DNA of 64,000 bases from Nannocystis bainbridge (GCF_028368995.1 NZ_JAQNDL010000003.1:96001-160000); one strand, 5' to 3'; shown: positions 1-10,516, counted from the stretch's first letter. Notes: generated from the sequence alone by a model not told the origin. Numbers and translations: made by a program.

Positions 1-1
1 G

Positions 2-1147
2 GGCGATTCGGCGACCACCGACTCGGCAACGAGCGACGCGAGCGATTCCGCCACCGCGGCTAACTCGACCACCGACTCGTCGACGCCCACGACCACCGAG
101 GCCTCGTGCGCCGACGTGGTCGCCGGCGACCTAATGATCTCCGACGCCACCGATATCGCCACGCTCGCCTGTGTGGTCGAGGTTCAGGGCGAGCTTCGGG
201 TCTCCGACACGACGACCTGGTCCAACCTCACACCGCTGGCGAACCTCCGGCTCGTGGGCGGCGACGTGAAGCTCCTGCGCAACGCTGCGCTCGTCGACCT
301 CGCCGGGCTGCAGGGCCTCGAGCGCGTCGGCGGGTCCATCACCATCGTCGGCAACCCGCAGCTCGCCGATCTCTCCGGGCTCGGCGGCGTGCGCCGGCTC
401 GGCGGCCTCGGCATCAACAACAACGCGCTGGTCTCTCTCGCCGGGCTACAGGATGACGTCGTCTTTGAAGCCGCGCAGGGCGGACCGGCAGGGTTCAGCG
501 TCGTCAACGAGACGTTGACCGACTTCGACGGGCTGTCGGCGATCACCACCGCTTCGGCGCCGCAGGGCCTCAACCTCAGCGTGAGCGAAATGCCGGCGCT
601 CACCGACGTGTCGGGGCTCGACGTGTTCGCCGCAGTGGAAGGCCCGATCGAGCTCACGCTCCGCGAGCTGCCGGCGCTGACGGGCTTGCAGTGGCCCGGT
701 CCGCTCGAGCTTCTCAATATTCGCGACGCGCCGGCGCTGCACGAGCTCGTCTTGCCCGCCGTGGTCGATGCGCGCGAGATCAGCTTCGAGCGCGTGCCGG
801 CGCTCACCAGCCTCGCCGGCCTCGCGGCGCTGCGTTCCGTCTCGGAGGTGCTCTCGCTCGGTCCGTGCAATGGCGACGGCCTGGCCGGCATCGTCGACCT
901 CCACGGCCTGGAGTCGCTCGAGCAGGCCGGCATCGTCTACATCGACAGCAACGCCTCGCTCGCCGCCTTGACCGGGTTGCCGACCTCGCTCCAGGCCGAC
1001 AACGTGTTCATCTGGCACAACCCTGCCCTGCCGCAGGCCGACGCGGACGCCTGGCTCGTCGCCGCCGGGCTCGCGGAGCACGCCGCCTCGGAGGCGTGCG
1101 ACAACCTCGGCGGCCCGGCCTGCGAGCTCAGCTGCCCGGTCTACTGA
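2..1147 (+). CDS. Secreted/lipoprotein with Thr/Ser-rich linker and leucine-rich (receptor L-domain-like) repeats; 5' end outside the window
   Basis: Frame open from base 2 (GDSATTDSATSDAS...). Repeated LxxLxGLxxLxxVGGxLxIxxN units and a Cys-containing C-terminus. Confidence 0.75.
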   Translation, partial: GDSATTDSATSDASDSATAANSTTDSSTPTTTEASCADVVAGDLMISDATDIATLACVVEVQGELRVSDTTTWSNLTPLANLRLVGGDVKLLRNAALVDLAGLQGLERVGGSITIVGNPQLADLSGLGGVRRLGGLGINNNALVSLAGLQDDVVFEAAQGGPAGFSVVNETLTDFDGLSAITTASAPQGLNLSVSEMPALTDVSGLDVFAAVEGPIELTLRELPALTGLQWPGPLELLNIRDAPALHELVLPAVVDAREISFERVPALTSLAGLAALRSVSEVLSLGPCNGDGLAGIVDLHGLESLEQAGIVYIDSNASLAALTGLPTSLQADNVFIWHNPALPQADADAWLVAAGLAEHAASEACDNLGGPACELSCPVY

Positions 1148-1624
1148 TTTACGCGTGCAACGAGTCGGACGGACACTCCCGTCAATAGCGATAACGCAGC
1201 AAGCGACTGATCTCGTCGCTCGGCGAGCGGACCGCAGCGCTGTGGAGCGCGGGCAATGGCCAGGAGCGGGGGTTCTGAAGTGGGCGCAGTAGCAAGGCGA
1301 TCGTCGATCACGCTCGCCCGCGTAGCCGCGTGCGCGACCTATCTCTGAAGCCATGCCGCTGGCTCAGAACGCTCCGCGGTCATGGGTCGGCTCGTCTCGA
1401 AGGCCAGGCGGCTGCCGGCCACGGGGCTTGGCCCAGCGGGCGGTATAGGCCGGCGCAGGAGCCCAGATGCGCGGAGACGCGATCTCCCGGTCGACGCGAA
1501 AATTCGTCTCGATTTCGTCGCGAATTTGGCTCTTTTCGAGACGTCTCACCGTAAACGAGCCCGCAGGGACGTCTAGCGCTGCCTGTACACGACTTCACCA
1601 ATACGGGGGGTAGGAGGAAGGGTC

Positions 1625-1930
1625 ATGATCACTGCTGCGTTCGTGCGCGAGTGCAAGCCTCGCGCGATGAAGTACGAAGTCATCTGCGACGCGCTCCCCG
1701 GGTTCATTCTGCGAGTTCTGCCCACCGGGAAGAAGGTTGCGCTGATCCGCTACCAGATCGACGGGAAGGACCATCGGGTCAAGATCGGGCTGCTCGGGCC
1801 CGCACTGTCGATCGACGAGGCGCGGCGGCGTGCCGCCGTCATGCTCGCTGACGTCACAGCCGACGCGAGCGACGATGAGCCGCCGGTCCCGCAGGCTGCC
1901 GGCGGTCCCGGCGGGCAGCTACGCCGAGCT
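1625..1930 (+). pseudogene. Truncated tyrosine integrase: N-terminal arm-type DNA-binding domain only
   Basis: ITAAFVRECKP...CDALPGFILRVLPTGKKVALIRY...KIG...LSIDEARRRA fits the integrase arm-binding domain. No catalytic domain follows. AGGAGG upstream. 3' boundary approximate. Confidence 0.7.
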
Positions 1931-2141
1931 CGGGTGAACCGCTCCCGACCGGGCGAGGAGCCGTCCTCGCCCTCGACAATCTTCGGGCCGCGCGCCTACC
2001 CTTCGAGACATGTCCCTTCGCGCGGACCGATTGCCGCGTCCGGGTATGACCATGTCGTTCATCCTGCGAGCGCGACTTGCGATCATGCGAATGGGCCGAC
2101 CCGGCCCACCCACGTGCATTCGCGTCGGCTCCGCCTGAGCG

Positions 2142-5100
2142 TCAGGCGGCAGCGGGGCCGCGCTTCTTGGCGCCGATGAGCTGCATGGCGAAGGCGATGC
2201 CGCTCTGCAGGGTGCCGTGCGTGGCGATGCCGCGGAGGTCGATGCCGAGGTCGACGAACAGGGAGGCCGTATCCGGGCTGACGCCGGTCAGCACCGTGCG
2301 CGCGCCGAGCAGGCGGAGCGCCGAGCCGGCCTGGATCAGCGTGATCGCGCCGCCGCTGTCGATCCCCTTCATGCCGGTGACGTCGAAGATGACGACGCGC
2401 ATGCGCCCGGCCTCCGCGCCCTGCAGGGCCGTCTGCAGCAGGTGATCGCAGCGGGTCGCGTCGAGCGTGCCGATCAGCGGCATGACGACGATCGCGTCGG
2501 TGATCGGGATCATCGGCGTCGAGAGCTCGGTGAGCATCGCCTGCTGCATGCGGATCATCTCCTCTTGCAGCGCCGCGCGGGCCTCCTCCGCCCGCTCTCG
2601 CTCGATCAGCTCCGCGGACAGGCGCTCGTTCGCGGCCTGCAGGGCGGTGGTGCGTTGCTCGACGTCGGACTCGAGGCGCTCGTTCGCGCGGGCGAGCGCG
2701 TTGCCGGCCTCGACGACGTGGCGGTACAGCAGGGCGTTCTCGACGGCGGTCACCGCCTGGGCGCACAGCACCTGCAGCAGCTCGACGCGGTTGCGGCTGA
2801 AGGCGTCGCGGATCAGGTGGTTCTCGACGACCAGGATGCCGCTCATGCGCCGGCGGTGCGCCAGCGCGAGGCACAGCACCGACTTGACCTGCCTCGCCAC
2901 GAGCGCGGGGTCGGCGGCGAATCGGGGGTCGCGCGCGACGTCGCCGAGCACGACCGCCTCGTGGGTGCGGGCGACGTATTGGACCAGGCTCGCCGGGACG
3001 TCGGGGCGGGCGGCGAGCGGCGTGCTGCTGACGAACTCGACCACCTCGGTGTCGATCGACGCTGCCGCCGCCAGCTCGAGCGTACCGTCGCGGTCGAGCA
3101 GCAGATATACGCGCGTGCCGCCCGCGTTCTGCATCACGATCCGCATCAGCCGATCGAGCAGCTTGTCGAGCTCGATCTCGCCGACGAGCGCCTGCCCGAG
3201 CCGCACGACGGTCGCCAGATCGAGGGCCGCGGCCGCGCCGAGGCCGACGGCGCCGCCATCGTCCGGCGTGGTCGTGCGCACCGGACCGGTGACCGCGGGC
3301 GCCGTCGTCGGCTGGGGAAAGTCGCGGGCGATCAGGGCCGCCTTCGCAGGAGCGCCCCAGCGCACGAACCCGTCGTACGCCGCGCGCATGTACACCGGGG
3401 CGATGAACGACCGTTGGCGGTCGCGGTAGAACTCGCCGCACAGCGCGCTCGCCAGCGCCTCGTACTGCACGAACCCGTTGCGCCGCGCCGACGCGATCGC
3501 CTGGTCGTAGAGCTCCTCGGCCTCGAGCGCTCGACCCGTGACGCGCGCCTCCTCGGCCCGCACGAGCAGGTACTTGTGCTCGAAGTTCTCGGGGCAATTG
3601 TCGGCCCAGCGCGCCAGCTTGTCGATGTCGTCGCGCAGCACTGCGCGGTCGGCCAGCGCCTGCGCGGCGTCGACGTCGCCGACGCGCGCGCACAGGGCCA
3701 GCGCCTCGTAGACGTGGAAGGTCGCCTCGATCGGCATTGCCATGACTGCGCCGAGCACCTCGCGCGCCGAAGCGGCGGCGGCGAGCGCCTCCTCGTGGCG
3801 TCCGTAGGTGTAGAGGAGCATCAGGCGGATGATGTGATAGAAGGCGATGCCGCAGCCGAAGCTCGCGGCGGTCACCTGCGCCAGGCACTCCTGGGCGTCG
3901 AAGTCGTCGCTGTCGAGCAGCGTGCCGGGGCGGACCCGGCCGGCGAGGCTGTCGAGGAATTGCTGCTGCAGGCGGATGGTCTGATACACCGCCTCGTTCT
4001 TGCTCTCGCGCGCGAACGCGGCGAACCGCTCCGACGCGCGGCGCGCCTCGCTCAGCGGGCTCCCCACCTCGATGTGCTGCCATACCGTCTCGAACGCGAG
4101 GAACGAGGCGTACACGAGGTCACCGGCGGAGATGCAGGCGTGGAAGGCCTGCTCGAGGATCGGGAAGTCGGTGCGCAGCGGGCTGCGCCAGAAGTTGATG
4201 TGGTCGCCGTGGAGGTGCAGCAGCGTGCCGCGCAGCTTGGCGTCGCCGAGCCGCTCGTTGAGCTGGATCGACATCTCCGAGAACGCGTAGCCGTTGGCGA
4301 CGTCGCCGAACACGCTGACGAGCATGAAGCCGTACACGCTGTAGGCGAAGCACGAGTCCTCAGCGTTGCCGTGGCGCAGCGAGAGGTTGACGGCCGTGAG
4401 CCCGAAGTACGGGAACACCTTCGGCCGGCCGATGTACGCGCACGGCATGATGCCGACCATCAATCCGAGGACGGCCCGGTGCGCCGGATCGGTCATCAGC
4501 GGCGCGTCGAGCAGCGTGGGCACCGGGCGCCCGGCGAGGTTGCCGGCGACCGCCGCGGCCTCGGCGGCCATCGCCGCCTGCAGCGCGGCGTCGTCGGCCG
4601 GGAGCTCGACGCCGAACAGCGCCAGCCCGCGCACGCCGAGCTCGACGCCGGCGTCGTAGCGGCCCGCGACCTGATAGAGGCGCATCTGTAGGATGTAGAC
4701 ATTCGCGTGGTCGACGCGATCGCGGGCGCGGGTGTGAATCCGGTCGAACAGCTCCTCCGCGCGCTCGAACGCGCCGGCGAGGTACTCACATTCGGCCAGC
4801 TCGCAGTGCAGCGCGTAGACGTGGGCGTAGTCGTCGTCCCACGCGGCCTCGGGCAGCAGCGCGACGCCGGCGCGCAGGTACTGGGCCGCCGCCGCGTAGG
4901 CGGTCGATTTCTTGGCGTGGCGGCCGACCGCGAGGTTCAGCGCCGACACCCGTCGCCGCTCGTCGGCGTCCAGCATCAGCTCGATGCCGAGGTCGAGGTG
5001 ATCGACGACGTCGAACAGCTCGTCAGGGCGCGGCTCGCCGCCGAGTCGCGCCAGCAGCAGCCGCCCGATCCGCAGGTGGGTCTCGGCGCGCTGCTCGGCG

Positions 5101-7202
5101 GCGACGAGCGCGTACGCGGCCTGCTGCACGCGATCGTGCGAGAAGTGGTACGACAGCTCGAGCGGCGCGCCGCGTTCGCCCGCGCGCGGCAGCGCCGGCG
5201 CGTGATGGACGAAGCGGTAGTCGTTGCTCTCGGGCACCACCAGGCCCTCTTCGAGCGCCTCCCACAGCGCGGCGGCGGTGGCCTCGGGCGACTCGGCGCA
5301 GATCGTCGCCAGCGCGGCGAGCGTGAACTTGTGACCGATGCACGCGGCCAGCCGCAGCACCCGCTGGGTCGCCTCGCTGCAGCGGCGCAGCCGCTGGGCC
5401 ATGAAGTCGAGGACGTTCGCGGTGACCTCGCGCGCCTCGATCGCGGCGATGTCCCAGGTGAACCCGCCCTCGCCGGCGCTCGCGCGCAGGAGCCCGTCCT
5501 GGTAGAGGCCGCGGAGGAACAGGCCGACGAAGAACGGGTTGCCGTCGGTCTTGCGGGCCACGACGCGCGCGAGCGGACCGGCCTGCTCGGGGGTGCAGCC
5601 GAGCACGTCCGCGAGCAGCTCGCCGAGGTGATGCGGGGCGAGCGGCCCGACCCGTAGATCGTGCACGGCGCGGCCCTTGCCGCGCAGCTCCTCGGCGGCG
5701 AGCGTCAGCGGGTGCGCCGGCCCGACCTCGTTGTCGCGGTAGGCCCCGACCACGAGCAGCCGCCGCGGCGACGGCGAGGCCAGGAACAGCTGCAGCAGCT
5801 TGAGCGACGCGAGGTCGGCCCATTGCAGGTCGTCGAGGAACAGCACGAGCGGCGCGTCGCCGCCGGCGAACGCCTGCACGAATCCGTCGAGCAGCCGGTT
5901 GAAGCGGTTCAGCCCCTCCGTCGGCCCGAGCTCCGGGGCCGCCGGCTGGAGGCCGATCATGTGCGTCAGCTCGGGGATCAGATCGACGAGCACCTGCGCG
6001 TTGCCGTCGGCCACCCGCAAGATCTCCTCGCGCACTCGGACCAGCCGCTCGCCGCCCTCGCCGAGCGTCTGTCGCAGCAGATCGCGGAACGCGTGGACGA
6101 AGGGCGCGTAGGGGGCGTTGCGCGCCAGTTGGTCGAACTTGCCGGCGATGAAGGTCCCGCCGTCGCGCGCGATCGTCTTGTGGAGCTCCTGGACCAGCGC
6201 GCTCTTGCCGATGCCGGAGTAACCGGCGACGAGCAGCAGCTCGGTCCCGCCGTCGCGCACGCGGTCGAACGCCTGCAGCAGCGTCGCCAGCTCTTCGTCG
6301 CGCCCGTAGAGCCGCTGCGGCAGTCGCAGCGCCCCGGCCGCCTCGTGGCGCGCGAGCGGGAAGGGCGAGACGGTGCCGGTGGCGTCGAGCTGGCGCAGGC
6401 ACTCCCGCAGATCGGCCGCGATCCCGTTGGCGCTCTGGTAGCGATCTTCGGGCGCCTTGGCGAGCAGCCGCATCACCAGCGCCGACACGGCCTCGGGGAT
6501 CTCGGCGACCTGGCGCGGGGAGGCGGGCACGCGCGCGATGTGGCTGTGGACCAGCTCGAGCGGGTCGTCGCCGTGGAACGGCGGGGCGCCGGTGAGCAGG
6601 TGGTAGAGCGTCGCGCCGAGCGAATAGAAGTCGGTACGGAGGTCGAGCGCCCGGTTCATGCGCCCGGTCTGCTCGGGCGACATATAGGTGAGGGAGCCCT
6701 CGAGGCCGTCGAGGCTCGTCGGTCGCTGCGCCTCGACCGAGAGGCGGGTCGCCAGGCCGAAGCCGACCAGGTGGACCAGCAGCGGCTCGGCGCGGACGAT
6801 GATGTTGGCCGGCTTGATGTGCTTGTGGATGACGCCGCTCGCGTGGACGCCGGCGAGGATTTCGCTGACCGCCGCGGCGATCGCCAGCGCCTCGCGCAGC
6901 TGGAGGCGACCGCGGCGGAGCACGACGTCGAGCGGCTCGCCCGGCGGCGACTCGAGCACGAGCGCGAGGTCGTCGCCGTGGGCCTCGAGCGCGTACGCCT
7001 TGACCACGCCGGGCACCGTGATGCCGCGAAGGATCGCATACTCGTGCTGCAGTCGGGCGACGTCTCTCGCCGTCGGCGGCGAGCGACGCGGCAGGTGCAG
7101 CGTCACCGGGGTGCCGTCTGCGGTGCGAAACCCGCGACACAGCACGGTCTCGGGCTCCTCATTCATCGACTCGACAATTGTGTATTGACCGAATGTGGAC
7201 AT
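2142..7202 (-). CDS. Multidomain sensor: Ser/Thr kinase-like + AAA ATPase + helical/TPR region + GAF + coiled coil + RsbR-type STAS
   Basis: YMSPEQTGRMNR (kinase), GYSGIGKS (Walker A), LFLDDLQWAD (Walker B), GAF segment KSVLCLAL...ENH...F, C-terminal LSTPMIPITDAIVVMPLIGTLD...FDVTGM...LRLLGARTVLTGV. Start chosen at ATG 7202. Confidence 0.9.
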   Translation of the reverse strand: MSTFGQYTIVESMNEEPETVLCRGFRTADGTPVTLHLPRRSPPTARDVARLQHEYAILRGITVPGVVKAYALEAHGDDLALVLESPPGEPLDVVLRRGRLQLREALAIAAAVSEILAGVHASGVIHKHIKPANIIVRAEPLLVHLVGFGLATRLSVEAQRPTSLDGLEGSLTYMSPEQTGRMNRALDLRTDFYSLGATLYHLLTGAPPFHGDDPLELVHSHIARVPASPRQVAEIPEAVSALVMRLLAKAPEDRYQSANGIAADLRECLRQLDATGTVSPFPLARHEAAGALRLPQRLYGRDEELATLLQAFDRVRDGGTELLLVAGYSGIGKSALVQELHKTIARDGGTFIAGKFDQLARNAPYAPFVHAFRDLLRQTLGEGGERLVRVREEILRVADGNAQVLVDLIPELTHMIGLQPAAPELGPTEGLNRFNRLLDGFVQAFAGGDAPLVLFLDDLQWADLASLKLLQLFLASPSPRRLLVVGAYRDNEVGPAHPLTLAAEELRGKGRAVHDLRVGPLAPHHLGELLADVLGCTPEQAGPLARVVARKTDGNPFFVGLFLRGLYQDGLLRASAGEGGFTWDIAAIEAREVTANVLDFMAQRLRRCSEATQRVLRLAACIGHKFTLAALATICAESPEATAAALWEALEEGLVVPESNDYRFVHHAPALPRAGERGAPLELSYHFSHDRVQQAAYALVAAEQRAETHLRIGRLLLARLGGEPRPDELFDVVDHLDLGIELMLDADERRRVSALNLAVGRHAKKSTAYAAAAQYLRAGVALLPEAAWDDDYAHVYALHCELAECEYLAGAFERAEELFDRIHTRARDRVDHANVYILQMRLYQVAGRYDAGVELGVRGLALFGVELPADDAALQAAMAAEAAAVAGNLAGRPVPTLLDAPLMTDPAHRAVLGLMVGIMPCAYIGRPKVFPYFGLTAVNLSLRHGNAEDSCFAYSVYGFMLVSVFGDVANGYAFSEMSIQLNERLGDAKLRGTLLHLHGDHINFWRSPLRTDFPILEQAFHACISAGDLVYASFLAFETVWQHIEVGSPLSEARRASERFAAFARESKNEAVYQTIRLQQQFLDSLAGRVRPGTLLDSDDFDAQECLAQVTAASFGCGIAFYHIIRLMLLYTYGRHEEALAAAASAREVLGAVMAMPIEATFHVYEALALCARVGDVDAAQALADRAVLRDDIDKLARWADNCPENFEHKYLLVRAEEARVTGRALEAEELYDQAIASARRNGFVQYEALASALCGEFYRDRQRSFIAPVYMRAAYDGFVRWGAPAKAALIARDFPQPTTAPAVTGPVRTTTPDDGGAVGLGAAAALDLATVVRLGQALVGEIELDKLLDRLMRIVMQNAGGTRVYLLLDRDGTLELAAAASIDTEVVEFVSSTPLAARPDVPASLVQYVARTHEAVVLGDVARDPRFAADPALVARQVKSVLCLALAHRRRMSGILVVENHLIRDAFSRNRVELLQVLCAQAVTAVENALLYRHVVEAGNALARANERLESDVEQRTTALQAANERLSAELIERERAEEARAALQEEMIRMQQAMLTELSTPMIPITDAIVVMPLIGTLDATRCDHLLQTALQGAEAGRMRVVIFDVTGMKGIDSGGAITLIQAGSALRLLGARTVLTGVSPDTASLFVDLGIDLRGIATHGTLQSGIAFAMQLIGAKKRGPAAA

Positions 7203-7508
7203 GCCCCGCCCGCTCTTTGTGGGCTGCGACCGAGATCGCGCCAGCAGCGAAGAACTCAATGTATTGACAATGCGACCCTACTCGGGATCCTCAGGCCGAG
7301 TCAAGCCTCCGCGCTCGGGACTTCTCCGATGTAGAGATCGGCTCCGCGCGCGACCCGCCCCCGCTGGCGAGCGACGGGGGTGTAGGTGATTTGTCACCGG
7401 CGAGTGTACACCCCGTGTCGCTACAAACATCGGCGGAGGTGAACACATCCGCGTTTGCACGCGAGCCCGGACCAGCAATCCCGATAAATCGCCGCGTGGC
7501 TGCACGAC

Positions 7509-8270
7509 GTGACGATCGAGGCGACCTCCTCCGAGCGAAGTGTCGGGCCCGATAAACGCCCGCTGCAACGACCGGAGCACCTCGTCGTGTTCGCCCGCGT
7601 GTACGGCCACCTGCGCTACTTCTATCCGGCCGAGGCGAGTACGTACGAGTGGTCGGTGCTCGCGGCCGACGGAGTCGAGGTGGCCGAGCGCGCCGAGGAC
7701 ATGGACGCGCTCGCCCGCGACCTCGAGCGATGGGCCGCGCGCATCGGTCCGGACATCCAAATCGCCGGGTCAGTCCCCGCCGCGGGAGCGCCCGATCCCG
7801 CCGGCCCGGGCTGGCGTCACACCGGCGTCTCCGGCCAGCGCACGATCTATCGCAGCGAGTTCGTCGCAGCCGACCATTCGGCTCCCGATGTCGTTGTCGC
7901 CGACGTTGGCAGCGGTCTCCACATTCGCTACCCGCGCGCATTCACCGGGCAGACGGCCCCGCTCGCCCTCGCCGAGCCGCCAGCGCTCGATGCCTGCGCC
8001 GAGCGTGACCGCCCGCGCAGCAATCGGCTCGCAGTGACGATCATGATGTGGAGCCTCCTCGAGCACTTCTACCCGTACCACGAGCTCATGCTCACCGACT
8101 GGCCCGGAGCGCTGGGCGTCGCTTTGCCCGCGGCGGCGACGGTCGGGACGCCGAGCGAGTTGATTCATGGGCTGCGGCGGTTGCTGGCTGAGCTGCGCGA
8201 CAATCATGTCCGCCTGTGGTACGGCCCCGAGCCGCGCTGCCGGCTGGGCATGGCGACGGCGACGGTCCCG
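7509..8270 (+). pseudogene. S41-family peptidase N-terminal fragment
   Basis: FARVYGHLRYFYP and RLAVTIMMWSLLEHFYPY...LRRLLAELRDNH match the helical N-terminal modules of S41 proteases. No catalytic domain; the frame degenerates after ~8270. Confidence 0.6.
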
Positions 8271-8284
8271 GGCAGCAGAGCCTT

Positions 8285-8510
8285 GCCGCCAGACCCGTCT
8301 CCGCGTCGCGTAGATGTTCGCCATCCGCCGGCGCGAGCTGCAGGGCCCTGCCTCCGACGCGCCGCTCGAACGCCCGCAGCATTCGTCCTCCGCCCGACCA
8401 CAGCACCACCGGCACCTCCCCGAGCTCGTCGAGGATCACCGGTTCGGATGCCAGCCGGCTCGCCTCGTACGCCCTCGCCTTCGATCCCCGCCACGAACGC
8501 GCATGGACGT
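8285..8510 (-). pseudogene. DUF3179-like protein C-terminal fragment
   Basis: GSKARAY...VILDELGEVPVVLW...RAFERRVGGRALQL...LRDAETG resembles DUF3179 proteins. No start codon or N-terminus. Confidence 0.5.
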
Positions 8511-8573
8511 CCACCGGGGCCGTACTGCGAACCATGAAGCGAAGTTCGCTCCTCGCGCCTTGGCCGCCGACCG

Positions 8574-9455
8574 TCAGTCGATCATTTGCGGCATGCCGAG
8601 CGCCGTGAGTAGACCTCGCTGAACCTCCGAGGCAGCGTGGTTGAGGGCCTCCGTGCCCGCACCTCCTCCACTGGGATCGACGACGACGCGGAGCGGCCGC
8701 GTCCCAGCGGGGGCTTCCACGAGTGCCACCACGGCCCGCGCCACCTCCTCGGGGTCCGAAGCTCCTGGACCGTCGTGCATGGCCGTAATCATCTCTTGCA
8801 GCTTCGAGGCCGCGGCCTCCAAGCCGTAGCCATTCGCTCTTTCGGCATCGGCGCCCGTCACCGTCGAAGTGAGGATTCCGGTCTTGAAGACTCCCGGCTG
8901 GAGGATCGACACCTCGACGCCCGTTGGCTTGAGCTCGTACCGATAGCTCTCGGCCATTGCTTCGAGAGCCCACTTGGACCCGCAATAGATGCCATTGAAA
9001 GGCGCAGTCAGGCGGCCCATCGTGCTGGAGATGTGAATGAGCAGCCCCGCCCGACGCTTGCGGAGCGCCGGCAAGACGGCGCGGTTCACACGATGTGCGC
9101 CGACCACGTTCGTGTCGAGCTCCGCGAGGACTTGCTCTGAGGTGAAGGTTTCGTTGATTCCGCCGACCGCGTAGCCCGCGTTGTTTACGATGACATCGAG
9201 GTGCCCGGCGGCACGTTCGGCGGCCGCTACAGCCGTGGACACGGAACGGTCATCAGTGACGTCCAGCTCGACGACGTGAAGCGTGAGCCGCTCGGCTTCC
9301 GCGATGGCTCGAAGCTCGGCGGCCGCGCGCTCGTTCTTCGTGTTGGGCGCCCGCATCGTCGCGAACACGCGGTGGCCGCGGCGGGCGAGGGCGAGGCTGA
9401 TGAGGCGACCGAGGCCGCTATTGCTGCCAGTGACCAGTACGTTGCTGTTGCTCAT
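8574..9455 (-). CDS. Short-chain dehydrogenase/reductase (SDR)
   Basis: TGSNSGLG, NNAG and YCGSK catalytic motif. Confidence 0.93.
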   Translation of the reverse strand: MSNSNVLVTGSNSGLGRLISLALARRGHRVFATMRAPNTKNERAAAELRAIAEAERLTLHVVELDVTDDRSVSTAVAAAERAAGHLDVIVNNAGYAVGGINETFTSEQVLAELDTNVVGAHRVNRAVLPALRKRRAGLLIHISSTMGRLTAPFNGIYCGSKWALEAMAESYRYELKPTGVEVSILQPGVFKTGILTSTVTGADAERANGYGLEAAASKLQEMITAMHDGPGASDPEEVARAVVALVEAPAGTRPLRVVVDPSGGGAGTEALNHAASEVQRGLLTALGMPQMID

Positions 9456-9545
9456 GTCCCGAGCGTGACGCCGAGCCGGTCGTGCCACAAGAGACGAATC
9501 CGCATCTCAGTAGTGCATCCAAGCACGAAACGGACGCTAGCGTCG

Positions 9546-10487
9546 TTACATCGGTTTCTGCCTCGCCGCTCGGCGAGTGCCGATGACGTCGAAGAGGTCG
9601 GCGTGCGTCGAGACGAACTCTTTCATGAGGGTGATGAACGCACGGGTCTTCGGCGTCTTTGCGCGCGCGCTCGGCGCCATGATGGAGAGGCTCACCGGAG
9701 GCGGCCGGTAACCGCCAGGTTCGAGAACGACCAGTCCTTCTCTCGCCGCGACGGAGCGGGGAAGAATCGAGATTCCGGCTCCGGAGATCACACATTGAGT
9801 CGTCAGCGGTGAGGAGTTGGTGACGATGCGCGGAGCCACTTCGAGTCGCTCCTGGTGGCCGGCGCGACTCACGAAGGTCCACGTCGTTCGCTTCTTCACG
9901 GCGTGCCCAACGAGCGAATGGCTCGCTAGATCGCCCAGCCGCTCGAGACGTGGAGCCCGCTCGAGGTAGGCACGCGAAGCGGCAAGCACCGGCACGATGC
10001 TCGCGAGCGGAGAGATCCCGAGCGACGTTGCCGAGCTGGAGCCGATCCGGATGGTCGCGTCGTACCCCTCCGCGACGAGGTCGACGAGGGCGTCCGTGGC
10101 GACGACCTCGACGCGCATGTCGGGGTAGCGGCGGACGAACTCCGACAGGGCGATGCCGAGGAAGGTATCGATGACGGGCGTGGGGACGCTGATGCGGAGC
10201 GTTCCTCGGGGTGCATCGAGGTGGTCGGACACGACGTGCTCGGCCTGCAGCGCGATCGAGCGAATCGTCGCGCCGAGACGAGCGAGCTGCTCTCCAATCT
10301 CGGTCGGTCGGAGGGATCGCGTCGTGCGCTCGAAGAGCCGCGCCCCAATTTGTCGTTCGAGCCTCGCCACGCGCCGTGACACCGTGGACGGCGGCAGCCC
10401 AAGGTCCGTCGCCGCACGGGCGAAGCTACCTCGCTCGAGAACACGGGCGACGAGCAAGAGGTCGGAAGGATCGGCGGCGAGGCTCAT
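9546..10487 (-). CDS. LysR-family transcriptional regulator (CrgA/DmlR-like)
   Basis: GSFARAATDLGLPPSTVSRRVARLE...LFERTTRSLRPT HTH and VDLVAEGYDATIR substrate-binding domain. Confidence 0.93.
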   Translation of the reverse strand: MSLAADPSDLLLVARVLERGSFARAATDLGLPPSTVSRRVARLERQIGARLFERTTRSLRPTEIGEQLARLGATIRSIALQAEHVVSDHLDAPRGTLRISVPTPVIDTFLGIALSEFVRRYPDMRVEVVATDALVDLVAEGYDATIRIGSSSATSLGISPLASIVPVLAASRAYLERAPRLERLGDLASHSLVGHAVKKRTTWTFVSRAGHQERLEVAPRIVTNSSPLTTQCVISGAGISILPRSVAAREGLVVLEPGGYRPPPVSLSIMAPSARAKTPKTRAFITLMKEFVSTHADLFDVIGTRRAARQKPM

Positions 10488-10516
10488 TCATGCATCATTG
10501 CAGGAATGAGCCTCGC
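10477..10516. repeat. Inverted repeat with 18-bp arms (1 mismatch) overlapping the LysR start codon
   Basis: GCGAGGCTCATTCATGCA-TCAT-TGCAGGAATGAGCCTCGC read directly. Confidence 0.75.

Noticed and set aside
1150-1620. tRNA or att site next to the integrase fragment
   Set aside because: I could not find a cloverleaf, T-loop/CCA end or a matching repeat elsewhere in the window.
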